A DNA stretch of 64,000 nt. Origin: Felis catus (Eukaryota). The position numbers were made by a program, and so were the translations under genes. Of this stretch, positions 12,751 to 25,345 are shown piece by piece. The stretch is from positions 41,728,001 through 41,792,000 of the forward strand of contig NC_058368.1 in NCBI RefSeq assembly GCF_018350175.1, in the 5' to 3' direction. The notes beneath the pieces are model-generated. The model ran no database searches and was not told where the DNA came from. It saw nothing but the letters and a program-made list of their open reading frames with translations. Each line of letters opens with the position of its first letter. Positions within the stretch are counted from its first letter, which is position 1.

Positions 12751-14036
12751 AGGTTTATATAATATAAATCACTACCTGTGAAAATATATGTACTTATTAA
12801 CTCTGCTCTTTGACTGAACTAAACAGGGATTTGTTTGTCACTGCTCATGGAGATGACAAGCTCATTTCAATGCAGTTAGAGTTCTACTCTCCGAGCATTT
12901 ATGGCATTATTTGCTCTCTTACATCGATGCTGACAGATGCTTGGTTTATATTTAACCTAAAGGTGGCATTTACAACTGCAAAGACTCTTAATTATGATAG
13001 AATTGAAAACATACAGGATTCCCATTACAAGGAAGACTGTCTTACCAGCATACTTTTCCATTTAAAACACCAACTACAAGGTAAACCTAAAAAAGAAAAG
13101 ACCCAGGAACTATTTTCTCAGGTAAGAGAAATAAGCATACAGTGCGTACAGATTTTCAGGAACCAGAGTAGTGTAATGGTCTCAGAATATTTGTCAAAAG
13201 GATAAGATGGAGATTTTATTTTTAACCTGGTCCCAGACATTAACTGCAGGAGACATCAGAAACCTGCAATGTTCTTTGTACACAAATATAGCACTGAGGT
13301 AAAAATGATGGGCTAGGCACCCCCCATGAAGGCCAGACCAGCAGGGGTGCTGTGTCCTTCACAACACAGCCATGAGCGGCTAGTCCCCTCGCAATGCTCT
13401 TTCTCCTCCAGCTTGAAGTAAACAGTGGGGTCCCCGAGGGCCAGATACTTCTCTGAAGGAGAGAAATTACTTTGGATGGAAATTTTAAAACGGTATGACC
13501 TGAAAACAAAGATCTTCAATTCTGATTTTCTTTCTTTTGTTGTTGTTATTGTTGTTATAAAAAAATTGGATTTAAAAACAGAAGCAAAAGCTTAAATAAA
13601 AATATATTTCTTTCAGAAATAGCTTTTGAAGGATTATTTTGTTGTGTTTCTGCTGCTGGTGCTTGGAGTATTTATTAGTGATATAAAAATCAGTTAATAA
13701 GAAAATAATTTAAATTCATTAAAAAAATGGATACAACCCTGTGATAGTTAATTTTATGTGTCAATTTGGTTGGGTCATGATATCCAGATATTTGGGCAAA
13801 CACAAGTCTAGATGTCACTGTGACAATTTTTAAAGATGACATTAACATTTAACTCAGTAGACTTTGAGTAAAGCAGATCATCTCCCTAATGCGGGTGGGC
13901 CTCATCCAATCAGTTGAATGTATTAAGAGAAAAAAGGCAGACTTCCCCCAAGGAAGAAGGCATTCAGCCTCCAGACTTACACATCTGGGTCTCTAGTTTG
14001 TCATCCTACCCTGCAGATTTCAGACTTACCAGGCTA

Positions 14037-14250
14037 GGGGTGCCTGTGTGGCTCAGTTGGATAAGCATCTGACTTCCACTCAGGTCATGATCTTGTGGTT
14101 TGTGAGTTCAAACCCTGTGTCAGGCTCTATGCTGCCAGCTCAGAACCTGGAGCCTGCTTGGGATTCTGTGTCTCCCTCTCTGTTACCCATTCCCTGCTCA
14201 CGTTCTCTCTCTCTCTCAAAAATAAACATTAAGAATTTTTTTTTTTTTAA
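14037..14250 (+). mobile_element. Can-SINE nested in MLT2 LTR
   Basis: ggggtgcctgtgtggctcag...; degenerate TSD ttcagactta(c/t)cag. Confidence 0.93.
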
Positions 14251-14379
14251 TTCAGACTTATCAGCCTCCACAATCATGTGAGCCAAAACCTGAAAATAAG
14301 CTTCTCCATCTCTTTCGCTCTCTGTCTTCCTCTCTGCCTATGTCTTTCTGACTGTCTGTCAATCTGTCTCTCTCCCTCT

Positions 14380-14388
14380 ACACACACA

Positions 14389-14427
<39 letters not shown>
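14380..14427. repeat. (CA)n microsatellite
   Basis: Direct reading. Confidence 0.95.
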
Positions 14428-14429
<2 letters not shown>

Positions 14430-14778
14430 TTGTTCTATTTCTCTGGAGAACTCTGACAAATACAAACCCCCATAGCAAGTAATTCTTCTCTACTTAAAAA
14501 AAAAAAAGTTTCCTTGTCTGATTATACACTAATTTTTCTTTATAACTTGCTTTTGATGTTCACTTAATGGAATTATTGTGACTGGGCACAAAGTCCCATT
14601 CTTATAACAAAGATGTCTCTTTTGATTCATATTTTATAAAGAACAGATAGTGGCATGGCCCTTCATACTTGAACCTGTAATATACTCTAAGTATGTCCCT
14701 ATAATCCTAGCAACTCCCCCAAATAACAGTTTAATGTTTCATGGCACATTTATATTCATTGATTTCATACTATTAAGT

Positions 14779-14840
14779 CTTTCTCTCTCTCTCTTTCTCT
14801 CTCTCTCTTTCTCTCTCTCTCATATACACACACACACACC
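14779..14840. repeat. Compound (CT)n(CA)n microsatellite
   Basis: Direct reading. Confidence 0.9.
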
Positions 14841-15464
14841 CTAAGGTATAGGTATTTTTACATTTATCTAATAGATGATCAATGAGGATGAGTCTTGCCC
14901 AAATCTTAACAATATAAGTGAATAAAAAGATGGGGGAAAGACATTTTCTGAGCATGTCTCCTGTACCAGACCCAAGAACTGGAACCCAGAGTCATATCCA
15001 GCAGTACATCCAGGTGTCCTAAACTTATCTCAGGACTAAAACAATGTGTGGCAGAGTTAGGACTGAAATTCACCTTGCTTTTTCCATCACGTCACAATTG
15101 CCTAAGTCCAAAACAGGCATTATGGCAATCCTGATGATCTGCTCTGCGTTGCCTTTACATGTTAGTCCGGCAGGAACATACAAACAAAAACATGAGGTGG
15201 ACACCTCACTTCTGCTTATTTCAAAGTATTAAATTTCTGGATCTTAATTGCTTCCTCCTCATTTGGTACTTAAGAATTTTCCCATCTTTTACTCATCTCT
15301 TCTTAAAACAGGGCCTGCTCTGACCTCTTGTACATGCGTGATCCACTTAATATTTATGTATTTCCTAGCTTGTTAGCTTCTTGGATAATAACATTAACAA
15401 CAGTAATAACCAACATCAACATAAAGCAAATTAAATAAAGAAAAAAAAGTTAACATTTTTTTCA

Positions 15465-15680
15465 GGACTAAATACCAGGCACCATGCCAAGAATCTGATA
15501 TGCATTATTTTTTAAAATTCTTAATAATCTTGTGAAGTGGGCCTTTTTTTTTTTAAATTTTAGCAAAGAAGAAACACAAAGTCAGAGACATTAATTTGCA
15601 CAAAATAGCTGAGCTCAAAAGTGGCCAGACCAGCATCTAAACCAAGGGTTGTCTGATTACAAGATATACTTTTGGCCACA
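15465..15680 (-). mobile_element. MIR
   Basis: ccaggcaccatgccaag...gaagaaacacaaagtcagagacattaatttgcac. Confidence 0.7.
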
Positions 15681-16031
15681 GTGGTAGTTAGGATAAAATA
15701 TTCCTTTATTGTGAAAAGTGGTTTAACCCTGCAACCTTTCTTCTTGACAGTTTTCCATGATTTTTAATAATAAACAAGAAAAACTGACTCTTCTCTTTAT
15801 TAGTCAATAAAACATTAATAAAAAGTACAAGGGGCTTCTGCTGAATTTGAAAGCACAGCTTGTTGAGGCCTGTATTGTCACTTTCAAGTAAGGTTTACTG
15901 CATAAGAGCCATGCGACAATGACTGGTCTTTCACAGAGCACACACTGGAAAATCCTGGAAGAACAGACTGTCCAACTGGAGACCCCAACGTTCTCTGCAC
16001 AGCAGCCCCTTCTAAAGATAAGCAATCATGT

Positions 16032-16222
16032 GTGGTAATGGGCACGAGGGCAAGCAGGTTACACCACCGCAGAATGTGCCTCTTCGGCATGTGGATTATT
16101 TCGACCTAAGACAGCTGGGGCCCTGGAAACTTAGGATGAACTTCTCACCTCCCCCTGAACTGCCTAAAATAATTTAGATGGGGGCCTATACGAGGAAGAA
16201 AGCTATTCCCAGAAACAACTTA
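16032..16222 (+). mobile_element. ERV1 LTR fragment (MER34-like 5' part)
   Basis: caccaccgcagaatgtgcctcttcggcatgtggattatttcga...ctcacctccccctgaactgcctaaa resembles the MER34-family 5' end. Confidence 0.6.
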
Positions 16223-16225
16223 AAA

Positions 16226-16438
16226 ATTTTTTTTAATGTCTACTTATTTTTGAGAGAGAGAGAAACACAGAGTGTGAGCAGGGAAAGGGCAAAGAGAGAG
16301 GAAGATGCAGATCTGAAGCAGGCTCCTGGCTCTGAGCTGTCAGCACAGAGCCCGACACAGGGCTCGAACTCACCAACTGTGAGATCATGAACTGAGCCAA
16401 AGTCGGAAACTTAACTGACTGAGACACCCAGGCACCCC
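16226..16438 (-). mobile_element. Can-SINE (SINEC_Fc2-like)
   Basis: Full antisense copy. Confidence 0.95.
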
Positions 16439-16456
16439 AATAATTTATCCTGTATT

Positions 16457-16667
16457 AATTTAATTTTTTTTTAATTTTTAGATAGAGAAAAGGAGAGTGC
16501 GCATGGGGTAGGGGCAGAGGGAGACGGACGGAGAGAGAGAGAACTTTAAGCAGGCTCCACACCCAGCACAGAGCCCAACTTGGAACTTGATCTCACGACC
16601 CTAAGATCATGATCTGAGATGAAATCAAGATTCAAAGGCTTAACTGACCGAGCCACCCAGGTGCCCC
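16457..16667 (-). mobile_element. Older Can-SINE
   Basis: Antisense copy; TSD aatttatcctgtatt / aatttatcccatatt. Confidence 0.93.
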
Positions 16668-18469
16668 AATTTATCCCATATTCTAGTACCCCACCCAAAG
16701 GCTTCAAGTTGCAGGTGTTTGTTTGAGTACAAAATCCACAGTACTATACCAGCAGAGAACACACGTTTGGACTGCCAGCAATGGGGTAAGATTTGTTGTG
16801 CAAATGCAAAATCACAGCCTAGACCCGATAGGGCCTGTGTTACTCACTTCAGAGCTGGTCAGGTAAGTTAGAGGAATGATATAACACTCTGGAAAAAGCA
16901 AAGTTATCTCAATTATTTCAATAATAGACATCACTGAATAAAAATAGTTTAAATTAATAAAATGTGACAAGTATGTTAACAAAAAATAGACAAGTATGTT
17001 AACAAAGAAACAAAATTATAAATGCTTTTAAAAGTGCCAAATAACCTTTTAAGAGAACTGAATGAAGAAAAATAGTTTAATGTTCTTGCAGCTTTACATA
17101 AAAGAAAATAAATGAGCTTTGTTATTTGGGCACAGTGGGCTGAAGTTAAATTTAAAATGCATATAGTTTCTAAGTTCTAAACGGTAAAATGCATGTTGGT
17201 AATTTGTGGGTCTTTAACATCGTTTTTTTTTATCCTAATGGAGTAAGTCAGTATAAATTCTATTTTTTAATTGTTTTGTCAACCTCAGCCCAAAATACTT
17301 CTCTTGTGTCTCATAAGAATCAGTTTCTTCCTAATTCCAAATGCTCCAGATCTCTTAGCAACTAAATATAGGCAGTTTTGATTAAATCAATTATATGCAA
17401 ACTATCTAAAATTAAAAATTAAAAAATAAAATAAAATAAGTGAAAATAATGAAAGTTCTCCTCTGCGATTATAAGATACAGTGCAATAATTAATTAAACA
17501 ATTTTCTTCTTACAAGGTTTTTTTTCCTTAGGGAATATTATTTTCTCTAAAATAAAGCTTGAAAAACACATGAATATAAATCAACATCAAATACTAAACA
17601 GAGGATTTAATGACTACATGTACAAAATCATAGAATGTAATAATAAAGTAATATTTGGTGTCTCTCAATATCCAATTTAAAGCACTTTATAAAAAACACT
17701 GTAAATGATATGAGGTCAAAATTGAGCTCAATGTGCATAGATTTTGAAATTTAGGGTTGTTTTGAAAATTACTTCCTGATACTTGATTTGGTCTCTGGAG
17801 GGAAACACAAATACGAAATAGATAACTACTCTTAAAAATACAAGAGGGTTTCATTAATGGCCCCAGTACTGATTTGCCTGAAGTTAAGGATTTTCTGCCC
17901 AGAGGCTTTTGGTGACTGAGGTATGAGGCTGGCATATCTGGCTTTTTAATGGTTATATCCCTTTTAAAATCTGATTCACCCTAAAGGCAATGCTATTGGA
18001 TTGTAATTCCACAGTTCAGTATTTCCAACCATCCCCCATTGGATGTAAACTCACCTGGGGGATCCTTGTGAAGAAACAAACAAAAATACAGCCTAATGGC
18101 CCTCTAATGTCTGTTAATGATGTGAAGTTCCAAATCTAAGTCAAAAACTGCTCAAGTCACTTAGGGACATTTTAAATTTTGAGGTCACCAACCTCAAAAG
18201 CTTTTGTAACTTCCATAAGGTTCAAAAACCCTAACTATAGGCCAATATATTAAAGGCATAGAGCATAACATAATGTATAATAGAGGCACTAAATTATATA
18301 TCATTATACAAAGTAAATAAAAGGGTAATGGATCTCTATTTGAGTAACATTCATTTAAAATGAAAAGTGATTTAACTAAATAAATCTATAGAATGACCTT
18401 GAGAGAGTAATCTGTGCTCCTGATTTTCAAAAAGCAACATGGCATTATGAATATGACATAAGAATTATG

Positions 18470-18520
18470 CATGTATATATGTGTATATACATATATATGC
18501 ATATACATATACATATATAA
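18470..18520. repeat. (TA)-rich low-complexity repeat
   Basis: Direct reading. Confidence 0.85.
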
Positions 18521-18619
18521 AATACACGATAAGGTGGATAGAGGAAATGCCCACAATCAGTGAACAATTTTTCTTTTCTGCATTGGATTCAGATGGAACT
18601 GGCTTCAGAAAAATGTATG

Positions 18620-18800
18620 TTCTGTGTGTGAGCATCGCGACTTTGGGTAAATTAATTAGACAGGCAGAACTCCAGTTTTCAATTCTGTAAAGTTTGGAAT
18701 GGTAATGCCTACCTCTGAAAATCATTGTGAAGTTTGTTAAAACACATAAATAAAATCACGTCATCTAATACACAGAACATACTGGTGTCCAATTAATATG
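18620..18800 (+). mobile_element. MIR
   Basis: gactttgggtaaattaatt...cagttttcaattctgtaaagt...aatgcctacctc. Confidence 0.7.
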
Positions 18801-19175
18801 CTTCCACTCTTTCTTTTCTTCCTCCCTGACATTTATCTTTTTGTGTCAAAATTTTTGAAGGACAAAACTATCACAGTCCCTAGTGAATTATATAAATGTG
18901 AATATACACCCAACATATTAAAAACATTATTTAGCATAAACATCACCTAGTGTCACTAGTGAATATTAATTTAACATTCTCTAAAAGCTAATAATCAAAA
19001 TGAGGGGTTTTACTCACTTTAATATGATAAGAAATGGACACCTAAGCATTAATGTTGTATTCTGGGTATGAGAGTCAGTAAATCTATCTGAAAACTCTTT
19101 CATATGGTACTTATTTAGAATATTTTGTGAACTTAATTAACAGTTATTCTTAAAAAGGAGAATGCCTTTTTTCAG

Positions 19176-19190
19176 ACATTATACCCACTG
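19176..19190 (+). other. Candidate 15-nt microexon
   Basis: aatgccttttttcag|ACATTATACCCACTG|gtaggtgagt; second donor 4 nt downstream. Confidence 0.25.
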
Positions 19191-19240
19191 GTAGGTGAGT
19201 GCTTTCTCTTCTCAGCATAATTTGCTGTGAAAGATGTGGC

Positions 19241-19255
19241 GGGGGGGGGGGGGGG
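19241..19255 (+). repeat. G15 homopolymer
   Basis: Direct reading. Confidence 0.9.
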
Positions 19256-20169
19256 TGGTTCTCTGTGTAGAAATTCTATCTGCCCTCTAGCTAAGTTTGC
19301 TTCAGTGGAAATGAGATCCTGACCACTGGGCTGATGGATGTACACATAACTGACTTGTTCAATTCTAATTTAATTCTGGAAATCTATCTCCTTTATGACT
19401 TTAATTTTTCTGACGTGAAAACATTCTATCTTTTTAGGCTTCCATTGTTTCTGCAGAACAGAAGTATTCTCTTGGTGGAAGGAGGGAGAAAAAAAAGCAG
19501 TAAAGAAGCAGCAATAAACAATCCTGCAAAACCAATTTTCACATTGGCAGAAAAACACAAGAACTCCAAATAGCCATAACTTGAAACAGTAGCAGATCCT
19601 TGGCAGCGTGTGATTTGAAATTATTAATGAAAACTTTCACCACAAACATGCACATCTCTTAGTTTCAGGGGACTTGAGCTTTACGCATAGGCAAGAGTCT
19701 AAAAGTGAATTAGACCAGAAGAGAGAAAACACAACTTCAACTCTTAGCAAAGCTACAGTGATAGCCTTTATGACCACAGCTGAAACAGACTCAAGAAGGT
19801 GTTCATTTCAATTTTCCATACTATATAGTATGAGAAAAACAACAACAAAAGCACAAGGATGATTCTAAGAGAACTCTGTCTACATTTCTTTGTTTATTCT
19901 CAGTCTCTGAGATGACCTCAGTCTCCAGCTTTCCAGCTACATTAATAGTTAGGTTGTTTTAAGAAGTGTTTTTACTTGCCTCTTACATCACAGATAGCTT
20001 ATTAAAAATTACTGAGATAATATACCTAAAGTACAAGACATTCAGAATAAAGATGTTAAGCGAATGTACCATATCATGATTTTATTTTTTGCTGTGAAGT
20101 GTATGCATTGCTTTATTTCCAAACATTAGGGAGTAAACAAAACATATGCATTAATTTTCCTCTATTTTT

Positions 20170-20396
20170 ATTTTTTTAAATTTTTTGAATGTTTATTTAT
20201 TTTTGAGAGAGAGAGAGAGAGAGTGCGTGTGCGCGCATAAGCAGGGGAGGGGCAGAGAAAGGGAGACACAATCCGAAACAGGCTCCAGGTTCCAAGCTGT
20301 CAGCACAGAGCCCAACGCAGGGCTCAAACTCAGGAGCGTGAGATCATGATCCGAGCCAAAGTCGAAGCTCAACCGACTGAGCCACCCAGGCGCCCC
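20170..20396 (-). mobile_element. Can-SINE
   Basis: Full antisense copy ending gagccacccaggcgcccc. Confidence 0.95.
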
Positions 20397-21124
20397 TATT
20401 TTCAATTTTTTTGAACACACTGCTTGTGGTTGACTTGCATAGCAGGACGAGAAAAGACAGCTCTAGCCACACTTTGGAGGCACTTTTTAAAAAGGGGAAT
20501 ATTATAGCAACGAGTGGCTTCTTCCGGTTCGCTTCTCTGGTTTTCTTCAACCCTTCCATCATATCAAGAATGCTCTTTATTCATTTTTTGTTTCTCTTGG
20601 CATATAATTTTCACTCTCTTTGAAGCAGACTCTCTCACCACCTCTTAAAATTCTATTGTTCTTTAGGCTCAGTAACCTATTGACATGAACTTCCTCTTTT
20701 ACAGTCCCTGTGAAATTCTCCTTGAGGGAAAAGATGAAGAGAGAAACTTATTTAAACCAAAGCTGATTCAATGATTTCCTCAATTAAAAACTCCAGAGCA
20801 ATGCAAATATACAGTCACCAAGTAAATCAATACTGTGATAATGTCATATTATTTTCAAATATTTCAAACTGAACTCCTTATACATAAAACCAAAATTAAT
20901 TTGGTAAGAATAAGCTAATTGTTTAAAAGTCCAGAGGATCTGTTCTATTTTGTCCCCAACTAGTTTGATCCTAGCACATTTTCTCAGCCAGGAGAAATTC
21001 AGAATTGGGAAAAATGAAAGATCTTGTATTTTTTTCTTCAGGGAACAGTTTATGGTGATGCTTTTCCACTATGTGGCTTGTTTTTTCTGCCCCAAGCCAA
21101 TGGGCTTGGAATGAATGTAAATGA

Positions 21125-21356
21125 GGGGCACTTGGGTGGCTTAGGTGGTTAAGTGTCCAACTTCAGCTCAGAGCATATGATCTCATGGGTTGTGGGTTTG
21201 AGCCCCGCATTGGGCTCTGTGCTGACAGCTCAGAGTCTGGAGCCTGCTTCAGATTCTGTGTCTCCCTCTCTCTCTCTGCCCCCTCCTACTCATGTTCTCT
21301 CTCTCTCTGCCAAAAATAAAATAAACATTAAATTTAAAAAAAAAATTAAAGAAAAA
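21125..21356 (+). mobile_element. Can-SINE
   Basis: TSD gaatgaa(t/c)gtaaatg 21109-21123 / 21357-21371. Confidence 0.95.
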
Positions 21357-22049
21357 GAATGAACGTAAATGGTATAGAAAACTGGCAAGGCTAGATCTAG
21401 TTTTAATGACAAATCAAATAGCTCCTTTCACACTTTAGCTATTCCCATAGAATTGATAATTCTGCAGTGACAGTGAAACTTTCTTTTAAGGATGTTCCTC
21501 AATAAGGATCTGCAAATACGTACCTTTTCATGTCTGCAGAATGACTTGAAAAAGGTTTATTCCTTTAAGCTAGGCATTTTTCCTAAGTTATTTACATAGT
21601 CTATTTAATTCTTACGGAAAAACTCTAGCCACAGGTCCAACTCTATCCCCCCATTACAGGCAGATGTTGGGTGACCTGTTCTAGAGTAGAACTTGCCGCA
21701 AGTAGCTCATAGGTAAACAGACATTTATTCTTTTCCTAAGTCTGAACTACTAGAGATTGTTTATGCCAGGTTTTCTGCATGTAGTAATACTGAAGTCCAA
21801 ATGCCAAATCCCTGTGGGGTTTTTACTATTACCTGAAGGGAAATCAAAGTTTCACAGGATCGTGATGATTTTCGTTGTCCTTACGTAAGAGCAGATACCA
21901 AGTCTGTATTCTCATAGCAAAATGCAAGTACTTTGAGATGATTAAGAATTAAAGTGCACATTCAAAGATACTGTCACTTATTCACAGGTGACAATGACTT
22001 GCTTCAAAAGAACATAATTACTAAGTTTAAATGTTTTTGCTGAGCCAAG

Positions 22050-22197
22050 TGTGGTACAAGGAGCAGTAGCAGTGGCCTCCCCCCGAGGCTTTTAGAAAGG
22101 TTGACTCAGTCCCAGCTTCAGATCACCTGAATCTGAATCTACATTTTAACAAACCCAAGGCTGATTCCCATGCACAGTGGAGCTTGAAAGGCACTGA
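22050..22197 (+). mobile_element. MER5A1-like hAT-Charlie MITE
   Basis: ctgaatctgaatctacattttaacaaacccaaggctgattcccatgcacagtggagcttgaaaggcactg. Confidence 0.75.
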
Positions 22198-22720
22198 TTT
22201 AATTAATGACTCTGTTGATTTTGGGTTGTACAAGTGACCCAAAGAGAAAACAAACATCTTATATCTATGTGCGTCCTGGGGTACAAGGTGTGCGCCTGCA
22301 CTGAGCTGGTTTGCTAAAATGACTCCTGCACTAACGGGCACAGGACTTTTGTGTAGCGATGGTCGTAAATCTCCAGAATGAGGGCACGGTCAGGGCAGAA
22401 CAGAGGCAGAATGGAGGAGCGCTTGTGGCCCCCACTGCACTCGAGGGAGACATAAATATGCACACTTGAAGTGTGTGTTTACATACTCTTTGCTAGCAGC
22501 TGCGCAGGCCACAAGTGCCCACCTTAGTGATCGAAGTCTTGGTAAAACTGAAAAAAAGAAAACTCTCGCTTCTTCTGGTCTGGGCTGGATGGGGACAGCA
22601 GGCTCATCACTAACGTTTTCATAAATTCAAAGGAAGAAACTTGACATGATTATTTCTGCGAAGGAAAGAACTGTTATTAAAACTGTTAACTCATATCTCA
22701 CTGGGATTAAAATTAATCTT

Positions 22721-22740
22721 TTTAAAAATGATTTATTTAT

Positions 22741-22794
<54 letters not shown>

Positions 22795-22920
22795 CCAAAG
22801 CAAGCTCCAGACTCTGAGCTGTCAGCACAGAGCCCAATGCGGGGCTCGAACTCTAGGACCGCAAGATCATGACCTGAGCCAAAGTTGGACATCCAACTGA
22901 CTGAGCCACCCGGCGTCCCC
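22721..22920 (-). mobile_element. Can-SINE with expanded (GA)n tract
   Basis: Perfect TSD aaaattaatctt 22709-22720 / 22921-22932; about 23 GA units at 22747-22792. Confidence 0.96.
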
Positions 22921-23179
22921 AAAATTAATCTTACATACAGATTATTATATCTCCATTTTATAGAGCAAGTCTCACATCAAGGTTGACTAAATACCATTTA
23001 AGAATGTGTTTCAATTTTAAAAGAAATGGCAATTCTGTTGCAAAATTTTAAGCTCAAGGACTGCTGTTATTATATTTGCACACATTAGAAAATTAATAAA
23101 ACATAACAATTCCTAATTTAAACAGAGTTACTACTGAAATAGCTAAATGCATCTTCTACAGCTATAAAGATGGACACTT

Positions 23180-23410
23180 ATAATAATCATCAAATAATTT
23201 AGACTTACAAAACACCTAGTATATGCTAGATGTTACATGTATTAACTTATTTACTCTGCATAAACAGGACGGGTGCTATTATTACTCTCCTTCTATAGAT
23301 AAAAAAACTGAGGCACAGAGAGGTCAAGTAACTTGCTTGAGGTCATAAAGCTAGTAAAATTGAGTCACGATTCAAACTGTTTTTGTCTGTCTCCAGAGCT
23401 CATTTAATCA
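23180..23410 (-). mobile_element. MIR
   Basis: aaactgaggcacagagaggtcaagtaacttgcttgaggtcataaagctagtaa is the MIR core. Confidence 0.9.
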
Positions 23411-23653
23411 AATTTCACACATCCATTCTGATGTGTTTTTGGTGATCAGAAGGTTCTCTTCATTATTTCCAAATAAGCAAGAAAACACGCAATAAACAAA
23501 CAACTCACAACTGAATTAGTAATATCTGAACAATTACTAATATCTGTAATTGGTATAGATGGTAACTAGTACTTAATTACACAGGTAAAAATAATAGTTG
23601 AACTGCATATGTTCCAGGAAGGGTAAGTTTCTGAAAGAATACCAGAGGACAAG

Positions 23654-24263
23654 TGTATTAACTTTATATTGCTAATGTAACAACCTATCCCAAATTAATG
23701 GCTTAACAAAATCCATTCATCCTGTCCTAGTTCTGTAGGTCAGGAGTCTGGGTAGAGTGACCAAGCCGGGTCCTCTGCAAAACAGAGGTATCTGCAGCAC
23801 CACAGTCCCCTCTGGAGGCTCTGGGGATTAATCCACTTCCAAGATTACTCCGGTTGTTGGCCAACTTCACTTTCCTGTGGTTGTTGGGTGGAGAACACTG
23901 TTTCCTTGATAACTGTCAGCTGGGGGCCATGGTTGGCATCTTAAGGTCTCCTACATTCCTTCCTCCGTTGCCCCTTCCATCTTTAAATCAGCAACAACAT
24001 TTGAATCCTTCCTCTACTTTAAATGCCTCCAACTTCTTCCTCAGCCCTATGTCTTTGGGCTCTGGCCAAGGAAAGTTACAAGCTTTTAAGGCTCTATGTG
24101 ATTAGATTGAGTCACCTAGGTAACAGAGGAAAATCTCTACATATTAAGGTCCATAACTGAAGTTACATCTGCAAAGTCCCTTTGGCCATGTAAAGTGACA
24201 TATTCACAAGTTCTAGGGGTTAGGGCATGGACATTTGGGGGGAGGAAGCATTCTGCCTGTGTC
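23654..24263 (-). mobile_element. MLT1 (MaLR) solo LTR, MLT1D/E-like
   Basis: tattgctaatgtaacaa...ttacatctgcaaagtccctttggccatgtaaagtgacatattcaca...ttagggcatggacat. Confidence 0.85.
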
Positions 24264-25099
24264 ACTAGGCTTGGAAGAAGTGAAGGATGGTAAGGGAGCC
24301 CAGACAGCCTAACTGGGGGACCAAAAATAAATTTTGCGATCACCTAATTTTGTCTAACATAATGCTCCCCTCTCACACATAATCTTTAATTATTTGCTTT
24401 ATGCGAGACAATGTCTTCAACTATTTACCAAATATTCATTGAAATGAATATCGTTGAAATTCATAAAAAAAAATTGCCCTTGTAATTTAAGCCAAAAGTA
24501 TGCTACAAAGTGTCAGTTTCCTCATTAACTTTTGTCCAAAAATTACAAACTGGATGCAAAAATAAAATCTTTTCAGTTTTGACCTCATGCCACATATTTT
24601 TAGCACAATCAAGTGGATGTAGAGATGACATAGCATGGTGAAGAAATGTGAATCTTACCACAACAACATAAAACAACTGCGCTACTCAAGTCTCAAGCGA
24701 ACAAGTGTGATACGTTTCACATTTGCATAAATGTAGAAACCATTAGAGGGGGCAAAATAAATTTTGGAGTTCTGCCCTTAAGCTCTCTGATAGTTTTCTA
24801 TTTATGATGTCTTTATTGTTTGAGATACTAAATATTGTCATTACTAATTCTCTAAATATGCCAGGCTTGCCGCTGTGGTTATTAATGTTTTTAACCGTCC
24901 CTTCTGTAAAAACCGTGCAGCTTAGACCAAAACACACATGCACATCTCCAGAGCAGAGGACTGACACCGGACTGCTGACACATGAATGGGATGCTTTGTC
25001 TAACTAACACAAAAATGCAAATGAATTTCAGAGAAAGAAAACTGAGGAGTTCAAAGGCTTTCTTGATTGCCTTCTTTAAAATGCCAAGAACTTAAGCTG

Positions 25100-25345
25100 G
25101 CCTTTCTTATCTCCCACTACATGCATGTGACACTTTAGGAGGTCTTTCTTATTGTGCTATAATTCAGGGATTGTTCCAGCTCTGTGCTCCATGCCTGTTT
25201 CCAAAGGGCAGCCCGAGATGTATAATTCGGGTAATGAACAGCTGCATAATTTAAGGGTCGAGCTAGTAGGGCACCGTTCCTTATTTGTGTTGCTTTAGCA
25301 GTTGCCAAGATGTTCCGGGCCTATTTAGGAATACAATTTTTTGAC
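25100..25345. promoter_or_regulatory. Candidate enhancer (CArG/ETS/E-box/GATA cluster)
   Basis: CCTATTTAGG 25320-25329, TTCCGG 25313-25318, CAGCTG 25239-25244, CTTATCT near 25106; motif inference only. Confidence 0.35.

Larger units (their letters stand above)
13740..14464 (+). mobile_element. MLT2-family (ERVL) solo LTR
   Basis: Starts tgtgatagttaattttatgtgtcaa, ends ttctctggagaactctgacaaataca; TG...CA termini with 5-bp TSD aaccc (13735-13739 / 14465-14469); interrupted by a SINE and (CA)n. Confidence 0.9.

Noticed and set aside
2787..17160. cacagtg heptamers suggestive of V(D)J recombination signals
   Set aside because: The copies I checked lack a nonamer at 12 or 23 bp spacing, and no V/J-like coding segments are present
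18177..18199. 9-bp stem hairpin ttttgaggt-cacca-acctcaaaa
   Set aside because: Short and of a size expected by chance in 64 kb; no functional context
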